Shown: positions 36,600 through 48,179 of the stretch, in pieces
How positions within the stretch are numbered: position 1 is the first letter of the stretch
Layout of the letters: every line of letters starts with the position of its first letter
Source: Neoechinorhynchus agilis
Taxonomy: Eukaryota; Animalia; Acanthocephala
DNA length: 64,000 bases
Reading direction: 5' to 3'
NCBI GenBank assembly: GCA_051530055.1
Contig: CM121342.1
Coordinates: 1,584,797-1,648,796 of the forward strand
The notes under the pieces: model-generated
The model's database searches: none
What the model was told of the DNA's origin: nothing
Seen by the model: the letters and a program-made list of their open reading frames with translations, nothing else
Translations under genes and position numbers: made by a program

Positions 36600-37055
36600 T
36601 CTTGTTGATTTTCCGTGAGTGTGAACGAATACGATGTGTAATAGAAGACAGCGGCTGTTGTGAGCCAGCTGAGAAGTGATGTGAGTTCAGACATGAACGT
36701 GATTGCTGCGGAAAAATGGAGACGAAGAAGTTTGTTTCGTTTTTTGACAAGACTAACAGTCATTGCTATGTTATGATTAGATCCGAAAACAAAAGTCACA
36801 TTCCTTCGATTTATCCCTTCCCCATAACACCTCAAACTTTACCGTTGTTGAACGTGGTTTTTTCAATTTTTTTCGAACTATGCACCAAACACGCAGTGGC
36901 ACTGATGTGAGCTAAGCCGGCCGGGATGCAACTTAAGCAGGAAGTATGGGAAGGAGAGAAGTCGTTGATTTATTACAATAATAATGAGGTCTGCATTCTG
37001 TTCTTATACTACATCTACCCTTTCGTTGCTATCTGATGTGTAGAATCCTTACATA

Positions 37056-39074
37056 ATGGTCGATCCGAATGGAGTTTCCGACGAAGATTACAATGAAACA
37101 AGTATAAAGAATAGCTTTTCTGAGGATTATGAGAGATTCGTTGAAAACAAGGTACGTTTCGTTTTACTTTGTTCCAAAGTAATTATCTTCTTTTTCTTAT
37201 AAAGTCCAGTGAAATGTATCAAGCTCCGTGTATTTTAACATCCCAAGATATAAAGTCTCGAATTTTTACAAGTGAGGATCCAATAAACGAAATACAGAAG
37301 CTTTCGATATGTTCAAACCCGCTACATCCCTTGAAAGTTAATCAACGCACTCGTGAACTTATTTTAGCTCTCCAAGCTGCTCCCCATGCTGTGTACCAAT
37401 CTTTTATTAGGGAAAAAAGCGAAATGGTTTTAAAGATTCTTGAAGAAAATGATAATGAAAAATTCCGAGCTTCCGCTGAACACGACTATTTTCAGTCTTG
37501 TCTTCATCGTGTTATCGATAAACATTTTTTTACTTGCTTCCGTTATCCGTTATGAACCACGATTGTCGCTTATAAGAGGTAGAAGATTTTCTTTACTAAG
37601 CGCTCAACGTGGCTCGATATTGTTGGATTTAATGCTCCGAATATTGGAAAAAGTTGACCTTCTGAGAAGGGATATAGCCGAAGTGCTTTTGTCAGAGCAA
37701 AATGTTTTATTGCGTTGCTCCATGCGCCTTCAACGAAATATCTACAATCAATTACCTGATAAGTTTGAAGAATATTTAAACGAAATGATCATTGGCGACT
37801 ATGTGAACAGTTTGGTAAAACAAATATACCACGAACCGATCACACGAACGATCACTCAATACCGTTTAGCCGCTTGCAAACTTATTTGTCACGATTACAG
37901 TCTCTTTTTGAGTACACTTAAATTTTTATTGGTCAAAGCTTCCAGTTGTTCATACGGGGGCTTGATTGGTACCGTTCTTAGCAAACTTGTTTGCTACTCT
38001 ACCGATCCGTGGATGGCGAATTTGTTTGAACTTCTATTTTCTGTTCAAAGAATGATTACCCATTTCATAGATCATGCTGAAACCGCCCAAATGTTAGCGC
38101 TTTTGGAAAAGTTTGACAGTTCAGTTGAGTGTTATTTCAACCAATCGATGCCATTCAACGAGCACATCGTGCTTTTGCTTTTGTCAAATCCATTCGCTAT
38201 TCATAAAATGGCATTTTCTCTTATCGATATATTATGGTTTCCTGAAAATAGCTCTATCGACACAGAACCAAGTGAAGAAGCTCAAATCGAATACATTGAA
38301 GTACGGATTGAGTTTCTTAATTTAGCTCTCAAATGCTTCTCATCGCCTATCCTTGATCTTTCTCTCGGTAAACGTTTGGATGCTCATGCCGTTCGACGGA
38401 TGCGTTCATCTCTGGTCGAAGCAATTGCAGCAATGAGACAATCATTCACAACACACCGAGATCGCAAAACTCTTGGAGAATCCAAGTTCGTTCAACTGAT
38501 GGATGAACATCTATTATTCGGTCTCTTATGGCAACACTTACTCGTTTATGCACTCAAAATGCTTTGGATAAAAATCACGCACTTCTCCGTGCCCTATTCT
38601 CTTCTACGACCCTTGCAACTCTGCTCGCGTCTAAGAACGGATCGCTTGTGGCTTCACGAATTGGCCTTCTGTCTATGCAAGAGAACAGCTCCGGAGATTG
38701 TTGGACATCTTGCTAGACGCGATGAAGATCATCTTCTCCCTACGCCGATTGTACGTATGGCTAGAATAGGATTTCCGAATGAACTGCGGAAACTGGACCA
38801 ACAGGTCATGTTTATGGCCATTCAGACTATGTTTGCAGGTCCAATGATCGTTAATGAACTATCACATGAACAGACTCCCCGTAGACACCTTATTGACGCT
38901 TATGAGGTGTTGAGTTCAGTACTGGACGACAAGGAAGAAGACCGGATCTCGCCAAATGCATTCAGGCCTTATATTGAAAGGTTAAGGCCGGTAGGCGGCG
39001 AGAGAGATACCGTTGCAAGAGTTGCTTATGAACGACTTAAATGGAAGTTTGCTCGATACGCCAAAAATACATGA
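37056..39074 (+). CDS. NELFB: negative elongation factor B (COBRA1)-like
   Basis: SQDIKSRIFTSEDPINEIQK, SEQNVLLRCSMRLQRNIYNQLPDKF and YSLFLSTLKFLLVK...TDPW align in order with NELF-B. The frame change near 37545-37575 needs a 28-nt intron or a 1-nt indel. Confidence 0.75.
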
Positions 39075-40120
39075 AGCTTGATCCTTGATTCATTAACGAA
39101 CGATCGAACATTTAAGACGATGAGAGTTTTGTACCGTCTAGAAATCAATGTAAATATCATTATGACTTTAATTTATAATTTGTGTTAGTAAATGTTATTG
39201 GTCAGTATTGGAAATAAGAGTGCGAATAATCAAGTAACTTGTCGTTCTATAGTAACTACCATGAATCAATTGTAGACATGAAACTCAACAGATTCTGAAG
39301 AAATTTATAAAATAAAACGCATAAAACGTTTCTAGTGCTCAATTTTTTAATAGTTAAATAGTTTGTTAATGTTCAGATTCGCGCCTTGAAGCAAATGACG
39401 TGCAATCAATTTTGCTCAATTTCAACTCATTTATAGTAAATTGTTTTTTCAAGAGGATGCTTTAAGAAACTAAATTATAGACACACGACAACTTTAAAAT
39501 ACGAAGCAATGCTGTTAAGCTAAGATTTTTCGAACGGTGGTTGTTGCATGTTTTGTTAAAAAAAATAATATTCTTTCTAACAGCAAAAAAACACTTTAAA
39601 ATGATGTTTTTTCATCCAAATTTTTATCGACTAAGAACAAAATGTGCAAATCATTTAATAAATTTTGTCTTGGAAACTAAAAACTATTGTAACGGGCGGA
39701 TGCAATAGAGGATAAAATCGGAACTTTGAGTGTTTTCGAAATTGTGACTTTATACATTTTAAGTGTTTACATGAAAACACTTTCACCACTATTCCTTCTG
39801 AATATCGAAATTTCGGCCAATAAATTCACCTATCAAAAAGACTCATCAACAATGGACCCCGTGACCTAGACTGTCTTCGAATAGATATTACATTCACATT
39901 CAATACTCGTGATATTCATGTAACCCCTATGAGTAAGAAGAGATCTTCTGCAAAGTGATCGACTTCTGTTCCGAATTTATAGAAATGTTCGATTGTTCAA
40001 CAATGCTGAAATTTTGGATGTTGATAGTAACAGTAAAATGTAGAAGGACCATAGATGAGTCTCTTAGAAAGGTAATATAATTGAGAGCTTCGTTTTTTTA
40101 AAATCAATATTTAGCTCTCC

Positions 40121-40685
40121 ATGCTACTTTCGTACAAGGAATTCGCATTCTTCGTTTTAATGCCTGTTCTTGTATTTAGAATATTCGAATTCATAACCAT
40201 CTATCAAGTAGGATGGTACTCGGTAGGTAATGCTCATGGTCTCCTTAACATCATTCATGAATTTAGACTTCAAGAAAACCGGATTATGTAGAAGGTAGAT
40301 TTGTAACAATGATAATCGTTGACACGAATATTCTCATGCGAGGAACCGCGGCTTACATAATCTATATGGGCCATGGGATGGATCCAAGTCTATATTTATA
40401 TTTTGTTAGTCTTTTCCTAACAGCAATGTCGTTTCCGATATACTTCTTCGGACAACCAGCGACAATGGTGTGTATTATTCTTTTATTTAATATTCTTTTT
40501 AATCATTTTCGAAGGACTTGGTTATCCGCTTAGCACATCTAATAATATCAACTGTATGCTTTATCAGTTTCTCTTATTTGGATCTATTTGCCGGACTACT
40601 AAGTATTCCATACGTCATTTTCGCAATGGCAAGAACGAAGGACAGTTACAATAGCTATAAACTGGAAGCTGAGCGTCAAAAATGA
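40121..40685 (+). CDS. TSPO: TspO/MBR translocator protein, divergent, 3 exons, 157 aa
   Basis: Exons 40121-40222, 40267-40467 and 40515-40685 splice in frame. WYSTSRKP, AAYIIY, LYLYFVSLFLTAMSFPIYFFG and LLSIPYVIF align with TSPO; five hydrophobic segments. A 31-aa in-frame extension from 39985 is possible. Confidence 0.78.
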
Positions 40686-40915
40686 AATAAAAAATAGATT
40701 TTGTGAATGAACTTTGTCAATCTCGTAACGACAATTTTATTTGTAAATATTTTATTTATAGATTGTTTTGTTGAAGGCAAAGAAAAATAATTTAATATTT
40801 CGTCTTCTATGCGTTGGACTTCTTCAGAATTGTCTGGAAGGAGAGGAAAGGAAGTCCTGAAATTATTTAATTAAAATTAAATTAATCATGCAAAATCCAT
40901 CGGAATGATAAAGTT

Positions 40916-41020
40916 AGAATTGTGGTCAATATACTCCCGGTTAAGAGATATTTTATTGCTAAAAGATTAGTTGATGACAATAAAATACCTCTTAACCGGG
41001 AGTATCTTCACCACAATTCT
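40916..41020. mobile_element. palindromic MITE-like element, family D
   Basis: AGAATTGTGGTCAATATACTCCCGGTTAAGAGATATTTTATTG is nearly the reverse complement of CAATAAAATACCTCTTAACCGGGAGTATCTTCACCACAATTCT. Confidence 0.75.
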
Positions 41021-41767
41021 ATAAATTATTTTTGTTCGGCTTTATCAAAACGATATTTTTATTGCACGATAAATATCAGACAACTTTAAGAACCACAATT
41101 TTTTATTTCCATTTTTTGGAAAAGTAGTTATCAGTTATCACATTATGCGATTAGAACATCTCTTCAGTATCCCCCTTGCGTTGAGTTGAACTCTGCTTTA
41201 TATACTTGTGAACTGTTTTTCGACCAAAATCTCTTCATATGTGTTTAAAACCCTTAAATGGCTTCGACTATGAGATTTTCCTCCAACCGATGCCGAGGAT
41301 GCAATTCACATCTTCAGACGCTTTTGGAGATTCCCAAAAAAGTCGTAAATAATCATTTTCTTTGTGTATACAACATCCCAAGTGACCATTTTCTAACAAA
41401 AAACTTGAAAGTTTACGCATTTATCTAAAAACCCTCCCCCCCAACAAAAAATAGCGTTAACTAGATGGCCACATTTAAGAAAAAGAAATGCCATAGATTG
41501 GGTTCAGCCAGCCATAGAAAAAAACTACATTAACCAACCCATATTGCTAATTTTCGGAAAGACTATCCACGCACAATATCACCTAACGGGCTTCCATCTA
41601 TACGCTTATGGCACGGGGAACGTGCTCATTTGCTAACCTCTGTCTCACAGCTGACTGCTAGGAGCACTTATCCTTATAAAACGACTCACGTTCAATCCTT
41701 CTCGATATAATGGTTTTTAGAGAAGATTCACTCACGTATCCTTAGATATTCAAATTCGTCAAATAGA

Positions 41768-43605
41768 ATGCGTCTTACAATAGTTTTGTTCATTGCCAAT
41801 GTTACCCGTAGGAGCGTCGAAAGCCCCGCTTGCGACGTCCCCTTTTATGGAGACCGAGAAATTTTGCTACAACTCGGAAAAAGTCGCGTATTTCCCGATT
41901 CGAAATCAATTGTTGATTTGGTGATGAAAGACGACTGGAACAATTTTGGAGAACAATTTAAAAGAGAACTTAAACAAGCGGGAAAGGATATCAACGCGAT
42001 AGCGTCATTGATTTCAAAATATTTTAATGATCCAGGAACCGAGCTTGAAGAGATCACACCGTCTGATTGGGTGCAAGACGTGAAGATATTTGATGAAGAA
42101 ATATCAAGCGATCGGTATAGACAATTCGCGTTTCATCTAAATAACCTATGGAGGAAATTGTATAGAAGACAAGTACCGGGAATTAATCTAAACAGGACTT
42201 CTTTTATTAAGATGGAGTATCCAAATATCGTTCCTGGTGGGAGATTCCGTGAAATATATTACTGGGATTCTTATTGGACTGCTAAGGGGGCATTGGTTTG
42301 TGGCATGACCACAACTGTTCAACACATGATTCGAAATTTAGCCGATAACATCAAGCAGTTTGGTCTTGTGCCGAATGGTGGGCGTGTATATTACTCGAGA
42401 AGATCTCAACCGCCGGTTCTTACCTTAATGGTCGCAGATTACTATGATGTTACAAAAGATCTCCATTTTGTGAAGGAAATGGTATCATATCTTGACCAAG
42501 AGTACAAATTCTGGTTAAAGAATCGAAGCATCAAAATCAATGCAAGAGATGACGATGGGATTCAATTGTTTCAATTCCGAACTAACACAACAGAAGAGCG
42601 TCCCGAGGCGTTTATTGAAGATTATAATACCGCGAACGACGCTAAACGCTTAATGAACAGATCGAGAGATCAAGTGTTCATTGATATCACTTCAGCGGCT
42701 GAAAGTGGATGGGATTTTAGCAGTATACATGGATTTTTGAGTGATTAGATTCTTTTCGAAAATCCATTTTTCGGTGGTTAGCCTACAGTGGACCTCATGC
42801 GTTCAAAATGTACAGTATTCGTACAACTAAAATAGTTCCGGTTTGTTTGAACAGTATTCTATACTTAGTTGCTCGAAAGTTATCGGCATTTCATCGAATG
42901 CTTGGACGAATGAACAAAGCATCGTATTACGACCGACAACAACGAATGATAAAACGAGGAATTCACCGTTACCTTTGGGATGCAAGTGATCATCAATGGT
43001 ACGATTACGATCTTGAGCATAAATCCTCTCATAAAAATTCGTACGCATCTAATTATTTTCCACTATGGGCAAAGGCTCACGATCTCCCACGATCGGACTT
43101 GAGAAAAGTAGTCAAATCAATGATTGATTTTGAGTTTTTAAAATATCAAGGAGGTTTTATAACGTCGACGACACCGAGTGGGCAACAATGGGATATGCCG
43201 AATGCATGGGCTCCAATACAAGACATTATGATTGAAGGTCTTTTGAACACTGGATGGGCGAACGCTACACGGCTTGCTTTAGATTTAGCCAGTAGATGGC
43301 TTCATAATAACCGAGAAACTTTAAATCAAGAAAATGCGATGTTTGAGAAGTACAGTGCTGCAAGGATAGGATATCCCGGAGAAGGGGGTGAATATGACGT
43401 CCAAACGGGATTTGGTTGGACTAATGGAGTGGCATTAAAGTATCTTTTAAAATATGGACCATCCTTAAGAGTACCGGATCCGACTGCTGGATACAGAGCT
43501 GCCAGTATCATTTTAGGCTTTGTAACGATTGCGTTGATCGGACTCATAATCTGGCTTGCTTATGGTTTGGACAAAGCAAGAAAAAGGGAAACCGGTTCAT
43601 CTTGA
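41768..43605 (+). CDS. TREH: trehalase (GH37) with a putative signal peptide and a C-terminal transmembrane helix
   Basis: PGGRFREIYYWDSYW, PNGGRVYYSRRSQPP, AESGWDFS, QQWDMPNAWAP and GGEYDVQTGFGWTNG motifs; TM segment IILGFVTIALIGLIIWLAY. Confidence 0.95.
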
Positions 43606-43610
43606 CGCAC

Positions 43611-44138
43611 TTATTGAACATTGGGTTTAATTAGATAATGATAACCGGGTAATTGTTTAGCTAATAAATTCCGTTGGTGTTTATGGATAAGGTCTCTATA
43701 AAGATCGTCCACTTTATGAATCCTCCATCCATTATTTGTGACTACATGATTATCAGGAACCACGATTGTATGATCGGGATCCAAAACACAAAAGGCTCCG
43801 ATTATCACATTATTACCCAGAATTACATTCTTTCCAATACGACTTCTAGTTTCCAAAGTACAACTATCACCCACTTTCTGAGCCTCACAAACACTCCCTA
43901 CACAAAAGTGATTGCATCTCCCGATCGCCATTTTAATGTTCTTCTTTTGAACATTCCGTAAAATGCAGTCTTCTTCGACGATATTAAGCTCACCCAAGTC
44001 CACGGGACCAATGGAACCATCGATGATCACTTTAGGATGAACGATCGTCCCTGATCGAATGGTGACTGTGCCCATTAGACGAGTTTCGAGGTCACAAATC
44101 ACTGAATGAGCGAATATCTTTTGTTCATTCGATGACAT
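43611..44138 (-). CDS. DCTN6: dynactin subunit 6 (p27), left-handed beta helix
   Basis: GTVTIRSGTIVHPK, LGELNIVEE, IGRCNHFCVGS..EAQKVGD and C-terminal HYL. ATG at 44138 is preferred over the track's start. Confidence 0.88.
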   Translation of the reverse strand: MSSNEQKIFAHSVICDLETRLMGTVTIRSGTIVHPKVIIDGSIGPVDLGELNIVEEDCILRNVQKKNIKMAIGRCNHFCVGSVCEAQKVGDSCTLETRSRIGKNVILGNNVIIGAFCVLDPDHTIVVPDNHVVTNNGWRIHKVDDLYRDLIHKHQRNLLAKQLPGYHYLIKPNVQ

Positions 44139-44248
44139 AACACACAAAAAAGATCCACTTGGGTTTTTATCCGTCCCACAAACGTTCTTCCGCACGCCCT
44201 CGAAATGCAACTCCGAAGATAGAAGGAACGATAAAAAAAATTGAGATC
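44139..44248. promoter_or_regulatory. putative bidirectional promoter between DCTN6 and TRMT6
   Basis: Only 110 bp between divergent start codons. Inferred from position; no motif identified. Confidence 0.5.
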
Positions 44249-47200
44249 ATGTCGTCGGTATTCACGGGAAGTGGAGTCTTCAAGGATAATGATAAAGTTC
44301 TCATCTTTAAAGAACCAAACCCAAAACCAGCCATTCTTAAACTGAACACGGGCAAAAAGGTTAGATTCGCGAATTTGACAGTTAGCCATGATTCCTTGAT
44401 CGGTCTACGACCTGGAACCATCTTTTCAATTTCAAATGATGGAAGCATTTGTGAACCACACTTCAAGCACGAATTCAATATCAAAGGTATCCTTCTCCCT
44501 ACAAAACGAATTTCGGTTCTTGCTGTGAACGTTCGGACCTTTTAGTCAGTAGCCCAAACTTTTCAACCGACCTAAAATCCACAGATTTTTCTCTCAAAAA
44601 GTCGTTATCAAGTTTTTGTGTCGATTGCAACGGGATTTTAAGACGAATATTGAACATTTTCTTTTTTTAAAGAATCTACGCTCATTCTGTTGAGTAATTT
44701 CATCAAATCGAAATGGATGATTGTTGTACCACAAAACTTTTCAACCGACCCAAAATCCACAGATTTTTCTCTCAAAAAGTCGTTATCAAGTTTTTGTGTC
44801 GATTGCAACGGGATTTTAAGACGAATAATGAACATTTTCTTTTTTTTAAAGAATCTACGCTCATTCTGTTGAGTAATTTCATCAAATCGAAATGGATGAT
44901 TGTTGTACCACAAAACTTTTCAACCGCCTAAAATCCACAGATTTTTCTCTCAAAAAGTCGTTATCAAGTTTTTGTGTCGATTGCAACGGGATTTTAAGAC
45001 GAATATGAACCTTTTCTTTTTTTAAGAATCTACGCTCATTCTGTTGAGTAATTTCATCAAATCGAAATGGATGATTGTTGTACCACAAAACTTTTCAACG
45101 ACCAAATCCACAGATTTTTCTCTCAAAAAGTCGTTATCAAGTTTTGTGTCGATTGCAACGGGATTTTAAGACGAATAATGAACATTTTCTTTTTTTTAAA
45201 GAATCTACGCTCATTCTGTTGAGTAATTTCATCAAATCGAAATGGATGATTGTTGTACCACAAAACTTTTCAACCGACCCAAAATCCACAGATTTTTCTC
45301 TCAAAAAGTCGTTATCAAGTTTTTGTGTCGATTGCAACGGGATTTTAAGACGAATAATGAACATTTTCTTTTTTTTAAAGAATCTACGCTCATTCTGTTG
45401 AGTAATTTCATCAAATCGAAATGGATGATTGTTGTACCACAAAACTTTTCAACCGACCCAAAATCCACAGATTTTTCTCTCAAAAAGTCGTTATCAAGTT
45501 TTTGTGTCGATTGCAACGGGATTTTAAGACGAATAATGAACATTTTCTTTTTTTTAAAGAATCTACGCTCATTCTGTTGAGTAATTTCATCAAATCGAAA
45601 TGGATGATTGTTGTACCACAAAACTTTTCAACCGACCTAAAATCCACAGATTTTTCTCTCAAAAAGTCGTTATCAAGTTTTTGTGTCGATTGCAACGGGA
45701 TTTTAAGATGAATAATGAACATTTTCTTTTTTTTAAAGAATCTACGCTCATTCTGTTGAGTAATTTCATCAAATCGAAATGGATGATTGTTGTACCACAA
45801 AACTTTTCAACCGACGCAAAGACCACAAATTGGTCAAGTGGTTCTACTTTTCTTTTTGTTCGCAGACTTAGAAACACTTTGTCTTAAATTGAAAGAATCA
45901 AAAATAATCCCCTTGGAAGTAATTTCATCACTTGTTATCATTTTGTGTTTTATTAACTAAATTTTGAATTGTTGTGAAGATAATCCCGGTTAAAAATTAT
46001 AATAATTGTTTGTTAAAGGGTAAAAAGCGCACTTGAATGTAAAATAATTTTTAACGGGGTGATTATCTTCACCGCAAGTCAAAATTTACCATCCCGATAT
46101 ATTTTCTCGATATGATTATTAAATAAATCTACGTTATCTACTAAAGTTGTTCTGAATTAGAAAAAAGTTTTATCGAACTTAATTTAGCAGTTTTCAGCGT
46201 CACAATGGTTTCCAAGCTAACTCTAAGAATTTCTATGCTTAATAATGTCAACCATTTTATCTTTTGACTCTGCTTCATTTCTATGAGCTCTTCCCTTTAT
46301 CATTTGGAGGAGTCTATGCATATTTATACTTATCTCAAAAAATCGGATTTAATCGAAATCTTTTTGATTTTTCCTGCTCTAAATTCGGATTGATTTGCAA
46401 GCCACCTTGAATTCGAATGAAAATTCTATTCTTAGTGCTCTGCGAAGGGTTATTTAGTCATTGATTTATTGTTTCGGAACTTTGGCGTATTTTTTAGTGA
46501 CCCTTTTGTCAAACCATTCTCTTCTTTTTTTATGATTCCAAATCTTCATTTCTATTCCCGTTTATAAAAGCGGATAAAGTTGAAGGCGACAATCGTAACA
46601 TCCAAATTACTTCAAATAATGCCGTTGACACTGAAACCATTAAGACATGGCGGTCTCAAATGAGTGGCCCTGAAATTATTGATAAAATAGTAGAGTGTTC
46701 ATCGAGTTTTCAACGGAGATCTTTATACTCTCAAGAGAAGTATCTAATGAAGAAACACTCTAAGTATTTTTTAACATAATACTCAACCACTACTATTAAA
46801 TCTATGTAGATACTCTCCTACGTTTCGGATCGAACGGATTAAACTAAGACATTTGATTCAGATGTATGACAATAAACCGGAAAATATTATGTAACATATT
46901 TTGTGTATTGAATTTGGAATTACCGAAAAGTAGAATAGGCATCTTAAAATCGATTCCTTGTCGCTGCTCCTCCGGATGTCCGGCGTTTCGCACGGATCCA
47001 AAACTATTGTAGTGGATTCATGTTTCGGCGCGGTTCTATTGGCTGTTCATCAGCGCATTGGAGGTGCGATTCGGGAACTATGAAGCGAATATTTGTTTTC
47101 TTTATTTAGATGAAGGATTAATTCTGGACCTTTTGGATGCTAAAATGATCGCTAAAACACACGTAAAGTAAGATGCTATCCTTGAACTCAATAGAAAACA

Positions 47201-47787
47201 AACCGAATCGTTAATGCATTCAAAGACATCTCGGATTCGTTGAAATTAAGCGCTATGAACTCGCTAGAGTCAGCACATGCTCGTTTGACAATCTTAAACA
47301 AACATTAAGTGAATCTTTTGGCGAAACAACTGAGTTGAAAACTGGACAAAAGCGCCCATTTTCTGAATCCGGTCGTCTGTCCCAGGAATGCATTGAATGT
47401 ATTAAAGAAGCACAATTCGAAAGGTATATTATTTTTATATATGTGATAACAAATACATTTAAAGTACTTTTTAGTGTGATCATTGCAAGTAAATATCATC
47501 CTCAATTACTCCTGGATATTCTATTTCCAATTTTGAAACCTGGAGCACTGTTCGCTGTCTATCATCGCTGTAGAGAAATACTTCGAGATACATTGCAAGC
47601 ACTCGAGAAAAGTGGACAGACTGAACAATTAACAGTTACTGAAACTTGGATGAGAGATTTCCAAGTTTTGCCAAATAGAACTCATCCCACCGTGAAAATG
47701 GACGGGTCCGATTCATACATTTTGTCAGGATACTACGTTCCCGCTCGTGTGCTTGAATTGTACGGACCTGTCGATCTGAATAAATAG
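44249..47787 (+). CDS. TRMT6: tRNA m1A58 methyltransferase non-catalytic subunit (Gcd10/Trm6), multi-exon
   Basis: LIGLRPGTIFSI, GDNRNI, SSFQRRSLYSQEKYLMKK, ETWMRDFQVLPNRTHPTVKMDGSDSYILSG. Exon phases are consistent across the introns traced. Confidence 0.92.
44555..45815. repeat. 179-bp satellite, 7 units plus a partial unit, inside TRMT6 intron 1
   Basis: CAAA(A)CTTTTCAAC(C)G recurs at 44555, 44732, 44911, 45086, 45261, 45440, 45619 and 45798. Confidence 0.97.
45973..46076. mobile_element. MITE-like element related to family D
   Basis: TGTGAAGATAATCCCGGTTAAAAATTAT ... ATAATTTTTAACGGGGTGATTATCTTCACCGCA inverted arms. Confidence 0.6.
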
Positions 47788-47856
47788 AAAACTCTATTGT
47801 ACAAATTACGAATATGGTTTGTTATCAAGAGAAAATCCTGCTTGATGCCCATCTTT

Positions 47857-47996
47857 CCCTCCCGGATAAAACATATTTTATTTAACGGATTTAGCGAGGA
47901 ATAAGCTCGGGGATGGCGATCTCGCGTACCCGAACCTCGTTTTGAGGTCTGCTCGAGAAATATCTCAATTCAATAAAATATATTTTATCCAGGGGG
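47857..47996. mobile_element. palindromic MITE-like element, family B
   Basis: CCCGGATAAAACATATTTTATT ... AATAAAATATATTTTATCCAGGG terminal inverted repeats. Confidence 0.7.
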
Positions 47997-48179
47997 CTTA
48001 TGATCACCAGATCGCAAATTTTGTTTTTGTATATTTTGTTGATTTTACATAACGTTTCTAGTGATCCGTGAATATCTTTCTGTTTTTAATTAAAATTGTC
48101 ACTAACATGTTAAAATTTGTCTTTAATGACATTAAAGACTCAAACCAAACGAATCAATATTTGCGACTTCAGTCTCCTG

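Larger units (their letters stand above)
44487..46570 (+). other. TRMT6 intron 1 with a U12-type 5' splice site
   Basis: Donor G|GTATCCTTC equals the minor-spliceosome consensus. A phase-1 acceptor ATAAAAG|CG at 46570 restores the frame. No clear U12 branch point. Confidence 0.6.

Noticed and set aside
40223-40266. U12 branch-point match TCCTTAAC in TSPO intron 1
   Set aside because: The donor is GTAGGT (U2-type), so it is either coincidence or a converted intron.
44638-45887. Repeated short ORFs, and a CRISPR-like appearance
   Set aside because: Products of the 179-bp satellite. There are no unique spacers, no cas genes, and the context is eukaryotic.
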